A stretch of 64,000 nucleotides of DNA from Promethearchaeota archaeon (GCA_004524535.1 SDNY01000003.1:7138-71137), one strand, 5' to 3'; positions 51,986 through 62,527 are shown, counted from the stretch's first letter. Notes: generated by a model from the letters alone, not told the origin. Translations and numbers: made by a program.

Positions 51986-54217
51986 TTAGGTTTCGTTAAG
52001 TTCTATGCTCTCTCCTACCAATTCAAAATTTCCAATTACTATGTTAATCTCTTCTTTTATGAAGCCTGGTTGACATCCTCCTACAGATAATTCAAATTTA
52101 CCTGCCTCAACTGTCCTTTTCCCCTCTTCATTAATATATGAAACGCTCCTAGGATTTAATATAAATTCCACAGATATTTTTTTTCCTTTTTTAATAAAAA
52201 CTCTCTTAAAATCTTTTAATTCTCGGATAGGTAAAATTATTGCAGGAGATTTATTGCTAAGATATAGTTGTACAACCTCATCCCCATCACCTTCACCAAC
52301 ATTTTCAATATCAACACTGATTGTTATATTACCGTCTGTTTTTGGATTGTCAGGAGATATCTGAAGATTACTATATTTAAATTTTGTATAACTTAAACCA
52401 TAACCAAAGGGATATAAAGGATCACCCTTGAAATATCGATAGGTTCTTCCCTCGATATTATAATCCTCAAAAGGAGGTAATTGATCCACTGATTTATAGA
52501 AGGTTACTGGAAGCCTACCAGCAGGATTATAATCTCCAAAAATAACATCAGCCACAGCAGTACCCCCCTCCTCACCTGGATACCATACCTGAATGATAGC
52601 TGGGATATTTTCTTTCGCAAAATTTACTGATAAAGCACTACCACTGGTTAATACAAGTACGATTGGCTTGCCAATTTTATGGATTTCTTCTAATAAATCC
52701 TCTTGTACACCAGGTAAGTTCATATGTAAACGATCTCCTCTTGCTTCAGATTCTACAGGCATATTCAAAGAACCAGTTTCAAGATTAGGATTAACATTTT
52801 CAGGTACCTCTTCGCCTTCATATCTCGCTGATATACCAAGGACCATTATTATTACATCAGATTTTTCAGCAATCTCTTGTGCTTCTTTAAATCCATCTTT
52901 AGATTTATTGGTTAGAGCACAACCTTGAGTATAATGAACTTTAGTACTAGATGATACTTTATTTTGAACTCCTTGCAAGAATGTTGTATATTTAGAAGGT
53001 TGACCATTATAATTTCCAAGTAGTACAGACTTAACATCCGCATTTGGACCAATAACAGCAATGGATTTAATGTCCTTTTTTAAGGGAAGTGTATTTCTTT
53101 CATTTTTCAACAATACGATAGACTCCCTAGCTGTTTGTAAGGCCAATTGTCGATGTTCTTCACAATCATTAATTTCAAAAGCAATTTGCTGGTATTTAAC
53201 TATTTCAGGTGGATCAAACATTCCAAGTTTGAATCTAGCCATGAATAAGCGTTTAACGGATTTATCTATTGTTTCTTCAGTAAGTACATTCATCTCTACA
53301 GCATCCTTCATCCACTGCCATAATTTTCTCTTTCTTCTCATGGTAGTCATCATCATATTACAGAATAAATCACAACCAGCATTAATAGCCATAGCAGCCG
53401 CTTCCCCAGGAGTTTCTACTAGTTTATGATCTTCAAAGATGTTTTGAATTGCTCCACAATCTGATACAACATAACCGTCAAATCCCCATTTATCCCTCAA
53501 AATTTCTTGTAGTAAGGATTTACTCGCACAACAAGGTATACCATTGGTTTTATTATAAGCCCCCATTACCGAATATGCTTTCCCTTCTATAACGCATGCC
53601 TCAAAAGCTGGAAGATAAGATTCCCATAAATCCTTTTTATTGACTGCCGCATCAAATTCATGCCTTAGAGGTTCTGGACCACTATGTACAACATAATGTT
53701 TAGGAGTTGCAACCACTTTAAGATATTTGGGATCATCTCCTTGAAGGCCCTTTACAAAATTAATACCCATTTGAGATGAAAGATAAGGATCTTCTCCATA
53801 TGTTTCCTGTCCCCTCCCCCAACGTGGATCCCTAAAAAGATTAACGTTTGGAGACCAAAAGGTTAATCCTCCGAAAATTTTTCTTCTGTTATTTCTTAAA
53901 GCTTCGTGATGTTTAGCTCGAGCTTCATCTGATATTGCTGTGGCAACTCTAAACATTAACTCAACGTTCCAACTAGCTGCTATTCCTATTGCTTGGGGAA
54001 ATACCGTCGCAAAAGATTCAGCAGCAACCCCATGTAAACATTCATTCCACCAATTATACTTTGGGATGTTTAATCGCGTAATTTGAGGAGCATCATTAAA
54101 CATTTGAGATATCTTTTCTTCAAGAGTCATTCTTGAAACAAGATCGTTTACCCGATCTTCAAAATCTCTCGTGAAATCCATATATATGGGTTGTTCATTA
54201 CTATTCTCTTGACTCAT
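51986..54217 (-). CDS. GH3 beta-glucosidase/xylosidase with FnIII domain
   Basis: WWNECLHG, PKHY, VVSDCGA, SIVLLKN, GEEGG, YPFGYGLSYT. Confidence 0.95.
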   Translation of the reverse strand: MSQENSNEQPIYMDFTRDFEDRVNDLVSRMTLEEKISQMFNDAPQITRLNIPKYNWWNECLHGVAAESFATVFPQAIGIAASWNVELMFRVATAISDEARAKHHEALRNNRRKIFGGLTFWSPNVNLFRDPRWGRGQETYGEDPYLSSQMGINFVKGLQGDDPKYLKVVATPKHYVVHSGPEPLRHEFDAAVNKKDLWESYLPAFEACVIEGKAYSVMGAYNKTNGIPCCASKSLLQEILRDKWGFDGYVVSDCGAIQNIFEDHKLVETPGEAAAMAINAGCDLFCNMMMTTMRRKRKLWQWMKDAVEMNVLTEETIDKSVKRLFMARFKLGMFDPPEIVKYQQIAFEINDCEEHRQLALQTARESIVLLKNERNTLPLKKDIKSIAVIGPNADVKSVLLGNYNGQPSKYTTFLQGVQNKVSSSTKVHYTQGCALTNKSKDGFKEAQEIAEKSDVIIMVLGISARYEGEEVPENVNPNLETGSLNMPVESEARGDRLHMNLPGVQEDLLEEIHKIGKPIVLVLTSGSALSVNFAKENIPAIIQVWYPGEEGGTAVADVIFGDYNPAGRLPVTFYKSVDQLPPFEDYNIEGRTYRYFKGDPLYPFGYGLSYTKFKYSNLQISPDNPKTDGNITISVDIENVGEGDGDEVVQLYLSNKSPAIILPIRELKDFKRVFIKKGKKISVEFILNPRSVSYINEEGKRTVEAGKFELSVGGCQPGFIKEEINIVIGNFELVGESIELNET

Positions 54218-54304
54218 AATTTTTCACAGATAAAAGCTATTATATTATATTGAATCTTTTAACTATTTAATCTCTTTTATACTAATAAATATTAGGGATG
54301 AATA

Positions 54305-56089
54305 ATGGGAAAAATTCTTAGAATAAATTTAGATAATAAAGATATTTCTTATGAAGAAATCCAAGCTGAGGATGAAGAAAAATTTTTGGGTGGTATGGGA
54401 GTTGCAACCTCTATACTTACGCGAGAAGTAGATCCAAAGATAAATCCTTTTGACGGAGAAAACCTTCTTATTTTTTCTGTTGGTCCTTATTGTGGAACTG
54501 CTGTGCCTTATTGCGGAAGACATTTTGTAATAGCCAAATCGCCCCTCACAAAAATAATAGGGGAAGCTTCCTCAGGAGGTTTTTTTGGAAAAGAATTAAA
54601 ATGTGCGGGATTTGATTTAGTTATAATTAAAGGGAAAAGCGAAGAACCCGTTTATTTATGCATTAAAGATGGAGAAGCTGAGATTTTAAGTGCAAAAGAC
54701 TTATGGGGATGTGGAACTCAAGAAACTACAGAAAAATTAAAGGAGCTTCAGGACGATGATAAAATTAAGGTTGCCACTATAGGGATTGCGGGGGAAAATC
54801 TTGTGAATATCGCTTGTATTATTAACGATAACCATCATGCTGCTGGACGATGTGGATTAGGTGCTATCATGGGAAGCAAAAAGTTAAAAGCTATTGTTGT
54901 TAAAGGTACCGGAAAAGTCCAAGTTGATAATAAAGAAAAATTAAATGAAGCTGCAAAAGAGATAAGAGAAATTATAAAAAACGACGCTTTAGCCATGGTT
55001 ATGGCGGATTCTGGAACTCCAGTACATATTGACTCCATGTACAGCGTTGGAGATGTAATTATTAAGAATTATACAACAGGCCGATGGGTTGGAATAAAAA
55101 ACCTTGGAGCGAAAGCGATTAATGCTCGTGGGGAAGTTAAAAAACATGGGTGCTTTAATTGTCCAACAGCTTGTAGAGGTTTTATTGAATATAATGGTGA
55201 ATGGGTTTCTCGACCAGAATATGAAACCCTTGGAATGATAGGATCTAATCTCCTCGTTGATGATTTAGAAACAGTTATAAAATGGAATTTGATAATAAAC
55301 GACTTAGGATTAGATTCTATCTCTTTAGGGGCAGTTATAGCATGTTTTCTTGAATCAATTGATCGAAAATTAATTGAATACGATATTCAGCAATTGGGGA
55401 TTTCTGAAGATCAAATTTGGGGGGCCATTGAACCAATTGAAAAATTAATCAATATGATTGCAAATCGCGAAGGAATCGGAGATGATCTTTCACAAGGTGT
55501 TCGAGCTTTCTGCGAAAAAAAGGGATTACCCGAGGAACTCTCAATGCATGGTAAAGGTCTTGAAGTCCCTGCTCATGAACCTCGAGCAAATAATTTAACC
55601 GCTTTAGATTACGCAACGACTCCAAGAGGTGCTTATCATTGTTATGAGCCGATGCATGTATCATCTTATATGAATCTTAAGGAAGAAATCAATTTAACCG
55701 GAGGTATTTATCGTTTTAGTAGCGATAAGGATGTAGCAGAAATTGTAATTAAAGTTCAAAATGGTAGCGAAGCATATTCAGCGTGTGGGGGATGTATTTT
55801 TGGATATTGGTTTACAAATAAACTTACACCCTGGGTTAATGCTCTAAATGCTATAACAGGTAGGTCTTATTCAATTGAATCGTGGATTGAAGCAGGAGAA
55901 AGAATATTCAATATGAAGAGAAGTTACAACCTCAAATGTGGAACAACTAAAGACGACGACACCTATGGAACTCGTTTTTCAACTCCACTAGATAAAGGAG
56001 GCACTAGGAAGAATGTTCCACCGCTACAAGATTTGCTTAAAGATTATTATGAGCTCCGTAGATGGGATAATGAGGGAAAACCTATTTAA
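54305..56089 (+). CDS. Aldehyde ferredoxin oxidoreductase family protein
   Basis: KSPLT...SSGG, AGRCGLGAIMGSKKLKA, CFNCPTAC, EYET, GLDSIS, YYELRRWD. Confidence 0.95.
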   Translation: MGKILRINLDNKDISYEEIQAEDEEKFLGGMGVATSILTREVDPKINPFDGENLLIFSVGPYCGTAVPYCGRHFVIAKSPLTKIIGEASSGGFFGKELKCAGFDLVIIKGKSEEPVYLCIKDGEAEILSAKDLWGCGTQETTEKLKELQDDDKIKVATIGIAGENLVNIACIINDNHHAAGRCGLGAIMGSKKLKAIVVKGTGKVQVDNKEKLNEAAKEIREIIKNDALAMVMADSGTPVHIDSMYSVGDVIIKNYTTGRWVGIKNLGAKAINARGEVKKHGCFNCPTACRGFIEYNGEWVSRPEYETLGMIGSNLLVDDLETVIKWNLIINDLGLDSISLGAVIACFLESIDRKLIEYDIQQLGISEDQIWGAIEPIEKLINMIANREGIGDDLSQGVRAFCEKKGLPEELSMHGKGLEVPAHEPRANNLTALDYATTPRGAYHCYEPMHVSSYMNLKEEINLTGGIYRFSSDKDVAEIVIKVQNGSEAYSACGGCIFGYWFTNKLTPWVNALNAITGRSYSIESWIEAGERIFNMKRSYNLKCGTTKDDDTYGTRFSTPLDKGGTRKNVPPLQDLLKDYYELRRWDNEGKPI

Positions 56090-56149
56090 CGAGCGACTGT
56101 GATTTCCTTTAGCTATTTCCATGTTTACATTCATATTTGCAAATTGGGA

Positions 56150-56500
56150 TTAATGGTGTTGAATTAACGCTATTCGGACTCCATTTGGATCTTCTAAGAA
56201 GGCAAGGGTCCCAACCGTTATTGGTATAGGTTCCATGGTGATTTTGGCACCTTTAGATTTGAGTTCTTTCACTGTGGTGTTTATATCTTCAACATCCATT
56301 CCCACCGAATACAAACCAGTTTCATATTCTGTATTTTTTATGAGCTCTATCATTGCATCCCCTTCCCCTTTTAATAATGTGATTTTTGTTCCAGGTTGGG
56401 GATTGTGTTGGCTATCTATTTCAAATCCCATAACTTTTGTGTAAAATTTAATTGACTCATCCATATCCTTAACTATTATGGTAGCGTATTTAACTTTCAT
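56150..56500 (-). CDS. VOC/glyoxalase family protein
   Basis: [40 protein letters not shown] + 6 nt + ATG. Confidence 0.92.
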   Translation of the reverse strand: MKVKYATIIVKDMDESIKFYTKVMGFEIDSQHNPQPGTKITLLKGEGDAMIELIKNTEYETGLYSVGMDVEDINTTVKELKSKGAKITMEPIPITVGTLAFLEDPNGVRIALIQHH

Positions 56501-56520
56501 ATTTTATCACCATATAATAT

Positions 56521-56539
56521 TTATTAACCAAGTTAATAA
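56521..56539. promoter_or_regulatory. 8-bp inverted repeat upstream of the VOC gene, possible operator
   Basis: TTATTAAC-CAA-GTTAATAA; near-identical copy at about 61737. Confidence 0.35.
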
Positions 56540-56571
56540 TTCTTATTTTTTAAATATCTATTTTCACTTTT

Positions 56572-56616
56572 GTATTCTAAGAAATTTTTTAATATATGCA
56601 TACCATGGGGCTTCAT
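56572..56616 (-). repeat. trpG/pabA 3'-end relic
   Basis: MKPHGMHILKNFLEY. Confidence 0.88.
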
Positions 56617-56734
56617 TCCTGAGGTTTTAAATACAAAAATCTTTATACAGATGATTTGGGATTCTTTATTTTATAAGCTATAAGTTCATAAATAACCCAC
56701 TACAAAAGTATCATATAAAAAATACAAAGAGGGA

Positions 56735-58264
56735 TTGAATTTGTACGATGCGATAATAATTGGAGCGGGAATAGGTGGGTTAACTTGTGCTGCGAAACTC
56801 GCTACTAGAGGAAAGGAGGTATTATTATTAGAAAAAATCCATCATATCGGAGGCACCAGCCACACATTTAATAGAAAAGGATATATTTTTCCAATGGGAC
56901 CTTTATCCTTCAGTTTCCCTGATGTCGTAGAGCAGATTTTGGAGGAAATAGGATTTGAAGGAGAGTTAAAATTTCAAAGAAACCATTTTCAGCTTCTCTC
57001 TCCCGATATAGATGTAATTTATTCAAAAGAATGGGAAAAATTTAAAGAAACTCTTCAAGGTCTATTTAAAGAAGAGAAAGATGGAATTGAAATGGTATTC
57101 AAAGAGTTGTCCATTGTGATCGATTCCATTTCAAAAGTTCAAGAGTGGCATCCCGATTATTTACTTGGAAAAAATAAGCAGAGAGCAGAAGAACAGATTA
57201 ATAGCTATCAAGAGCAGCTTGAAATAATTGAGAAATACGATCATTTAAGTTCCCGAGAGTTTTTAGATCGCTACTTGTCAAATGAAAGTTTGAAAAGATT
57301 GATTGGATCCCAAGGAACTTACTTACCGGTAATGTCAGTCGTGCATTTGGCATTTATGTGGAATGTAATGTCTATTAAGGGAATATGGTTTCCTTCGAAA
57401 GAAATTTCAGGAATTAATGAGATATTGCATGGAATATTTGAAAAGCATGGAGGAGTGACTATGCTAAGAACGCCAGTGAAAAAAATTTTTATTAATAATA
57501 ATCAAGCTACTGGCGTGGAAACTTTTGATGGGAAGAAATTTGCTGCTGACTGGGTTATCGCTAATGCAGATTATAAAAAAGTGATTTTAGAAATGATTGA
57601 TCCTAAGGAGTTAGAGAAGAATTTTCTAAAATCTGTCCAAAAAACACCTTACACTGGTTCTGAACTCTGTGTGTATCTCGGTATCGCACCTGAAAAGGTT
57701 GATCTAAAAAAAATTCGAACCAATCATCTTTTCTACCGCAGTGTATTAAACGAGGAATCTGCCAAAGATTTTATTGATTTTGCAAATAAGGAAATTGAAA
57801 TATGTCTATGGTCTAATAACTCCCTAAATCTTGTCCCATCAGGTAAAAAAAGTTTAGTATTAAGAGTTAACATGCCTTACTCCCATTGGGATCCTTGGCG
57901 TACAGGAGAGAAAAAGAGAAAACAAGGATATAGGGAATATAAGCGGGAGCTAGCTGAGAAATTAATAAAGACCGTTGAAGAAATTTTGCCAGGGTTATCA
58001 GAAGCAATCGAAGTTATGGAGATCGCAACCCCTCTAACCTATAGGGACTGGGGGCAGCGAACTAAAGGATCCATAGCGGGATGGGGGCGGGACGTTACAA
58101 AAGTTAGATTAAATAATAAATTACTAATAAAAACTCCTATTGATCACTTATTAATGGTAGGAATCTATTCAGTACTTGAACCTTTTTTAGGGGGATTTCC
58201 GGTTTCTATGTATACGGGTAGCTTGGCAGCAGAAATTGTTCTTACCGATGATTTAAATATTTGA
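56735..58264 (+). CDS. Phytoene desaturase-like FAD-dependent oxidoreductase
   Basis: IIGAGIGGL, LEK...GG, EIATPLTY..., GGFP. Confidence 0.88.
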   Translation: MNLYDAIIIGAGIGGLTCAAKLATRGKEVLLLEKIHHIGGTSHTFNRKGYIFPMGPLSFSFPDVVEQILEEIGFEGELKFQRNHFQLLSPDIDVIYSKEWEKFKETLQGLFKEEKDGIEMVFKELSIVIDSISKVQEWHPDYLLGKNKQRAEEQINSYQEQLEIIEKYDHLSSREFLDRYLSNESLKRLIGSQGTYLPVMSVVHLAFMWNVMSIKGIWFPSKEISGINEILHGIFEKHGGVTMLRTPVKKIFINNNQATGVETFDGKKFAADWVIANADYKKVILEMIDPKELEKNFLKSVQKTPYTGSELCVYLGIAPEKVDLKKIRTNHLFYRSVLNEESAKDFIDFANKEIEICLWSNNSLNLVPSGKKSLVLRVNMPYSHWDPWRTGEKKRKQGYREYKRELAEKLIKTVEEILPGLSEAIEVMEIATPLTYRDWGQRTKGSIAGWGRDVTKVRLNNKLLIKTPIDHLLMVGIYSVLEPFLGGFPVSMYTGSLAAEIVLTDDLNI

Positions 58265-58356
58265 AAATGTAGATAGATTCTTAAGATCCTTAACACAAAC
58301 AATGATAGAGCTTAATTATTAAGGCTTGAATTAAAACTTGTCCGAGAGCTTTAAAT

Positions 58357-58986
58357 ATGGTCACTTTAGATGAAAAGAGATTAAAGCAACGATTTCTACA
58401 TATGAATAAAGATCAAAAGCAAAAACTAAAATTTGAATCAAAATGGCATAGTATTGTAGCTTTTTTACATAAAAATCTGGGTTACAAAATCGCAAAAGTC
58501 GCAAGAATTGCTTCAAAAGCAAATGTAGAAGGTAATCGAGATAGTGATTTAGATATCATCTTTTATACAGCCCGGGATCAAAATCAAGATGAATTAGTAG
58601 CCGCAATGAGGAAGCTTATAAAAAAAAATTATAAAAAAGAAGCTCAGATAAAAAAACTCAATATTGGTGTCCAAATATCCTTTAAAAGCACAGATTGTGT
58701 CATCAATGTAATTTATTTAGCTAAAGAGCAATTTGTTTCAAAGTACAAGGAAGCCCTACATAGGGGATTAGTTCCAAAAGAAAAACAAATTGCGATAATC
58801 CTCATTAAATATGCATTCTTTAAAGCCGCAATTGATTTCATAACTGGACCTGAGTTAGAAATCGCATGTATTACTTCTGAATGTAATACAATTAAAGGAT
58901 GTGTTAATGGCACTATTCGTCATTTTAGTGGTAAGCTTAATCAACAAGGAATTTCATTTAATAATATCTTAAAATTTCTAAGATGA
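58357..58986 (+). CDS. Degenerate Pol-beta superfamily nucleotidyltransferase (OAS/CD-NTase-like)
   Basis: ASKAN..GNRDSDLDIIF, then IILIK...ELEIA, resembling the IRLLK...LEL helices of OAS/CD-NTases. Confidence 0.5.
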   Translation: MVTLDEKRLKQRFLHMNKDQKQKLKFESKWHSIVAFLHKNLGYKIAKVARIASKANVEGNRDSDLDIIFYTARDQNQDELVAAMRKLIKKNYKKEAQIKKLNIGVQISFKSTDCVINVIYLAKEQFVSKYKEALHRGLVPKEKQIAIILIKYAFFKAAIDFITGPELEIACITSECNTIKGCVNGTIRHFSGKLNQQGISFNNILKFLR

Positions 58987-59021
58987 AGTATAAAGGATAT
59001 AAAGTTATGCCCAGAGAAGTT

Positions 59022-59054
59022 GTCGAGATGGAATTGGAGTCCTTCGACTGGAAT
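59022..59054 (-). repeat. trpG/pabA relic, upstream half only
   Basis: IPVEGLQFHLD. Confidence 0.8.
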
Positions 59055-59119
59055 TCATTAATTTTCATAAATATTATTTAAAAATAAAATTAAAATTTAC
59101 GTCTAACTTATAAAATGTA

Positions 59120-60763
59120 ATGAGTATTCTAATTAAAAATGGAACGATTGTAGATGGTACCGGTTCGAAACGGTTTAAAGGTGATATATTAATTGAAGGT
59201 GCTTCAATTGCAAAGATCGGCGAGGATTTATCAAAGGAGGGTGCAGAAATAATTGATGCACAAGGTTTAGTGGTCTGTCCCGGATTTATTGATATACATG
59301 TTCATGCAGATTTAACCTTATTAGAGGTACCGGAGCTTAAAGAATATCTACTACAAGGATGCACTACTTTGACTGGTGGACATTGTGGATTTGGTATAAC
59401 ACCTGCTAATGATATGACTAGAAAATACTATATGGATATTGCTACACGCTTACTTGGGGTAAAACCTGAATTATGTAATGATTTAATTTCATTCAAAAAT
59501 AAGTTTGAAGAGATAAAGTCATCTGCCAATTTTGCTATGTTTGTGCCTCAAGGTAATCTCAGAATAATAGTCTGCGGAAATTCTGAAGAACCTGCAACAC
59601 CCAAACAGTTAAAACAAATGCAAGATATTTTACGGAAAGAGTTAGAAGCAGGTGCATTTGGAATGTCAACAGGTTTGGCTTATGTACCAGGCGATGTAAC
59701 CGAAACCGAAGAATTAATTGAACTTTCAAAGATAGTTGCAGAGTTTGATGGCTTATATACTAGTCATATGCGCAATGAAGGAGCACATGTAATGGATATT
59801 GGTATGGCAGAAGTCTTTAGGATTGCAAAGGAGGCAGGAGTTCGTGGACATATTTCACATTGGAGTGCTGTTGGAGCAGATCCTATTTCTACAATCCCAA
59901 AATTAATAAAATATATGGAGGACTCACAAGCAGAAGGATTGGATTTAACAGCAGATATTACCACATACAACGATGCAGTTACACCTTTAGCCTTCATAAT
60001 ATTCAATACATGGGTATTTGAAAACTTTAAAGAGAATTTAACAAATCCAGACACACGTGAGAAGATAAAAGAAGAAATGTATCAAAAAATTGCGTCAATT
60101 TTCCTTGATAATGCCCCATGGTTCTTAAAATTAATTCCCAAGCGGGTTATAAAGAAGTTAATCTGGAAAATCTTATCCAAAAAGGTAACAATACTTAGTA
60201 CACCAGTTCGACCTGAATTACAAAATACAACCCTAATTCAAGCAGTGAAAAAATACTATCCTCAACAGAAATTGCTTGATGGATTAATAGATCTTATTAG
60301 AGATGAAGAAGGCGGCATTATATTTACAATGAAGACCAAGGATGAAGAAAATGGGATGTTACCTCTCTTTAGACGCCCATACGTGTGCGCTAGTTCGGAT
60401 GGAATTGTAGTAACAAATCCTAAACAAAACGTTCATCCTCGAAATTATGGTTCATTTCCACGTGTAATTCAAAGATGGGTTCGAGAGGAGAGCTGGATAG
60501 ATTTAGAAACTGCTATTAAAAAGATGACATCTTTACCTGCAGAACAGTTACAAATCCCCGATAGAGGGTCCCTCAAAGAAGGAATGAAAGCAGACATAAC
60601 AATATTTAACTATGATAAAATAGAAGATATTGCAACAGTTAGTAATGGACGTCAACATCCTAAAGGAATCGAATATGTCATCGTTAATGGTGGTCTTACT
60701 GTAAAAAATGGAGAACATACTGGATTAAAGAATGGTGAATTCTTAATACATAAAAAGAAATGA
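59120..60763 (+). CDS. N-acyl-D-amino-acid deacylase family amidohydrolase (II)
   Basis: PGFIDIHVH, HCG, SHMR, SHW, ASSDG, HPRNYGSFPR; close paralog of the 50285 gene. Confidence 0.92.
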   Translation: MSILIKNGTIVDGTGSKRFKGDILIEGASIAKIGEDLSKEGAEIIDAQGLVVCPGFIDIHVHADLTLLEVPELKEYLLQGCTTLTGGHCGFGITPANDMTRKYYMDIATRLLGVKPELCNDLISFKNKFEEIKSSANFAMFVPQGNLRIIVCGNSEEPATPKQLKQMQDILRKELEAGAFGMSTGLAYVPGDVTETEELIELSKIVAEFDGLYTSHMRNEGAHVMDIGMAEVFRIAKEAGVRGHISHWSAVGADPISTIPKLIKYMEDSQAEGLDLTADITTYNDAVTPLAFIIFNTWVFENFKENLTNPDTREKIKEEMYQKIASIFLDNAPWFLKLIPKRVIKKLIWKILSKKVTILSTPVRPELQNTTLIQAVKKYYPQQKLLDGLIDLIRDEEGGIIFTMKTKDEENGMLPLFRRPYVCASSDGIVVTNPKQNVHPRNYGSFPRVIQRWVREESWIDLETAIKKMTSLPAEQLQIPDRGSLKEGMKADITIFNYDKIEDIATVSNGRQHPKGIEYVIVNGGLTVKNGEHTGLKNGEFLIHKKK

Positions 60764-60923
60764 TATGTATAAAAATATTTAAGCAATTTTCTTATTCTCA
60801 AATAGACTATTTGATACTATAATTAGCAACAATTCCAATAGTTTATCTTATTTCTTTTACCATGACTATATAAAAATTTAATGATAATACGAGCTTATTA
60901 TATTCGATTCGTTAAAGATAAAC

Positions 60924-61217
60924 TTATTCTAAACGGTCATCCCATTTCTTTGGTTTTTGGTTTAGTTGCATTACCGCCACAATTATGACTTCTCCCTTTT
61001 TAATGTGATAAATGATTCCATAAGGGAATCGCTGAGTGAGGCATCTTCGACAGTTTTCTGAAAATTTTGTCCAAGCTTTAGGAAATTGTAATATTCGTTG
61101 AATAGTGGAGTATACTTCCTCAGAAAAATTCAGTCCTAATCCGGGGCGAACACCTTCATAATAGTCAATCGAAGTATCTAACTCTTCGATGGCTAAAGGA
61201 TGAAATCTATAGTTCAT
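60924..61217 (-). CDS. ParE/RelE family toxin
   Basis: YRFHPLAIEELD..IDYY, RRCLTQRFPYGIIY, IVAVM. Confidence 0.9.
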   Translation of the reverse strand: MNYRFHPLAIEELDTSIDYYEGVRPGLGLNFSEEVYSTIQRILQFPKAWTKFSENCRRCLTQRFPYGIIYHIKKGEVIIVAVMQLNQKPKKWDDRLE

Positions 61218-61456
61218 TTATCAAACCGTTTTCGTATGTCTTTAAAGACCTGTTCACCAGGAATTAGTTTTGTTTTACCAGATTCAATCTCAGAAAGGCG
61301 CCGTTCAATTTCCTCATCCCATAATTTATCTACTTCTTCTTGGATTGGTACATTAAGGCTCCTTATTAATTCATCAATCAGTTGCGTTCGTAGATGTGAA
61401 GGGAGCGATAAAGCTTCTTGGAGTATTTTATCGTTTAATTCAGACAAATTTATCAT
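61214..61456 (-). CDS. Addiction module antitoxin
   Basis: EALSLPSHLRTQLIDELIRSL...WDEEIERR...G. Real start ATG 61456; the longer track ORF reads through the repeat. Confidence 0.85.
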   Translation of the reverse strand: MINLSELNDKILQEALSLPSHLRTQLIDELIRSLNVPIQEEVDKLWDEEIERRLSEIESGKTKLIPGEQVFKDIRKRFDK

Positions 61457-61512
61457 CCAATCAAATTTTCTAATATAAGAATGACATCTTATTCTTATAT
61501 CTTTTTCTATTT

Positions 61513-61602
61513 TTTTAATTCCAAGAAATTTTTTAGAATTTGCATCCCATAGGGTTTCATTTTTATCGACTCGGGATGGAATTGGAGCTCTTCGACTGGA
61601 AT
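61513..61602 (-). repeat. trpG/pabA 3'-end relic, longest copy
   Basis: IPVEELQFHPESIKMKPYGMQILKNFLEL, 29 uninterrupted codons; stop changed to AAA. Confidence 0.93.
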
Positions 61603-61800
61603 TCATTAATTTTGATATTATCTAAAAATAAGATTAAAATATACATATAACTAATAAGAATGTAATGAGTATGAATCCATATCCTCAACTATTATGGTAG
61701 CTTATTTAAATTTCATATTTTATCACCATTTAATATTTATTAACCAATTTAATAATTCTTATTTGTCTTAATTTCTATGTTCACATTATTATTCTAAGAA
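61603..61800. pseudogene. Chimeric relic: aminoacylase upstream region and start fused to a VOC 5' end and upstream region
   Basis: 61575-61672 aligns to 59027-59127; 61674-61800 aligns to about 56459-56583. Confidence 0.85.
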
Positions 61801-61840
61801 GTTGGCAAAAGCATAAATATTATCTTGAAAAATTGAAAAA

Positions 61841-61963
61841 ATGAAGCTTATTATTGATTCTAACATATTAATCTCTAGCTTATTAAAAGATTCAAACACT
61901 AACGAACTACCTTTTAATGAATCATTCACCTTTTATTTATCTAAAATTGTTCTGATGAGATAA
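61841..61963 (+). pseudogene. Truncated PIN domain toxin
   Basis: MKLIIDSNILISSLLKDS...FTFYLSKIVLMR*; DEIRK continues in another frame. Confidence 0.7.
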
Positions 61964-62003
61964 GAAAATAAAAAATAAATTATTAGAACACTTATTTTAA
62001 AAT

Positions 62004-62213
62004 ATGGAATTAGATAAATTTCCTGATATAATCAAATTATCAACTAAGGAAAAGATCTCGCTTGTTGAAAATTTATGGGATAGCATTAGATCTGAGATTG
62101 AATCTAACCCAATCCCTAAAAGTCATGAGCAAGAACTAGACAAGCGTGAAAAGACGCTAAATAGGAATACTCTTTTATCTATTGAAGACCTTAAAAAGCG
62201 AATTAAAAAATGA
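62004..62213 (+). CDS. Addiction module antitoxin
   Basis: LSTKEKISLVENLWDSI...ELDKR. Confidence 0.85.
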   Translation: MELDKFPDIIKLSTKEKISLVENLWDSIRSEIESNPIPKSHEQELDKREKTLNRNTLLSIEDLKKRIKK

Positions 62214-62527
62214 GTTCAGACCATTCTTTAAGATTTCACCCCGAAGTTGAAGGAGATCTTCAAAAAATCTACTCTTGGTACGAAGAAAACCTTACTGGTC
62301 TTGGACATGACTTTCTTCAAATCTTTTATTCAAGTATAGAAATGATAACGGAAAATCCTCTTCAATTTCCAAAAATATATAAAAATTATCACCGTTACTT
62401 ATTGCGAAAGTTTCCGTATGCGCTTTATTATATCGTTAAAAATGATTTAATTATTGTTATGGGCATATTTCACCATTCTCGTGATCCTAAAAAAATAAAA
62501 TCTGCTTTAGTAAATCGAACTGATTAA
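62210..62527 (+). CDS. ParE/RelE family toxin
   Basis: LRFHPEVEGDL..IYSWY, HRYLLRKFPYALYY, GIFHHSRDP; ATGA overlap. Confidence 0.9.
   Translation: MSSDHSLRFHPEVEGDLQKIYSWYEENLTGLGHDFLQIFYSSIEMITENPLQFPKIYKNYHRYLLRKFPYALYYIVKNDLIIVMGIFHHSRDPKKIKSALVNRTD

Noticed and set aside
58357-58986. Complete CBASS system
   Set aside because: No Cap effector or ancillary genes nearby, and the catalytic motifs are degenerate.
61457-61606. N-terminal extension of the 130 aa track ORF (MNSSRRAPIPSRVDK...)
   Set aside because: It is the trpG relic read in another frame; the antitoxin homology begins at ATG 61456.
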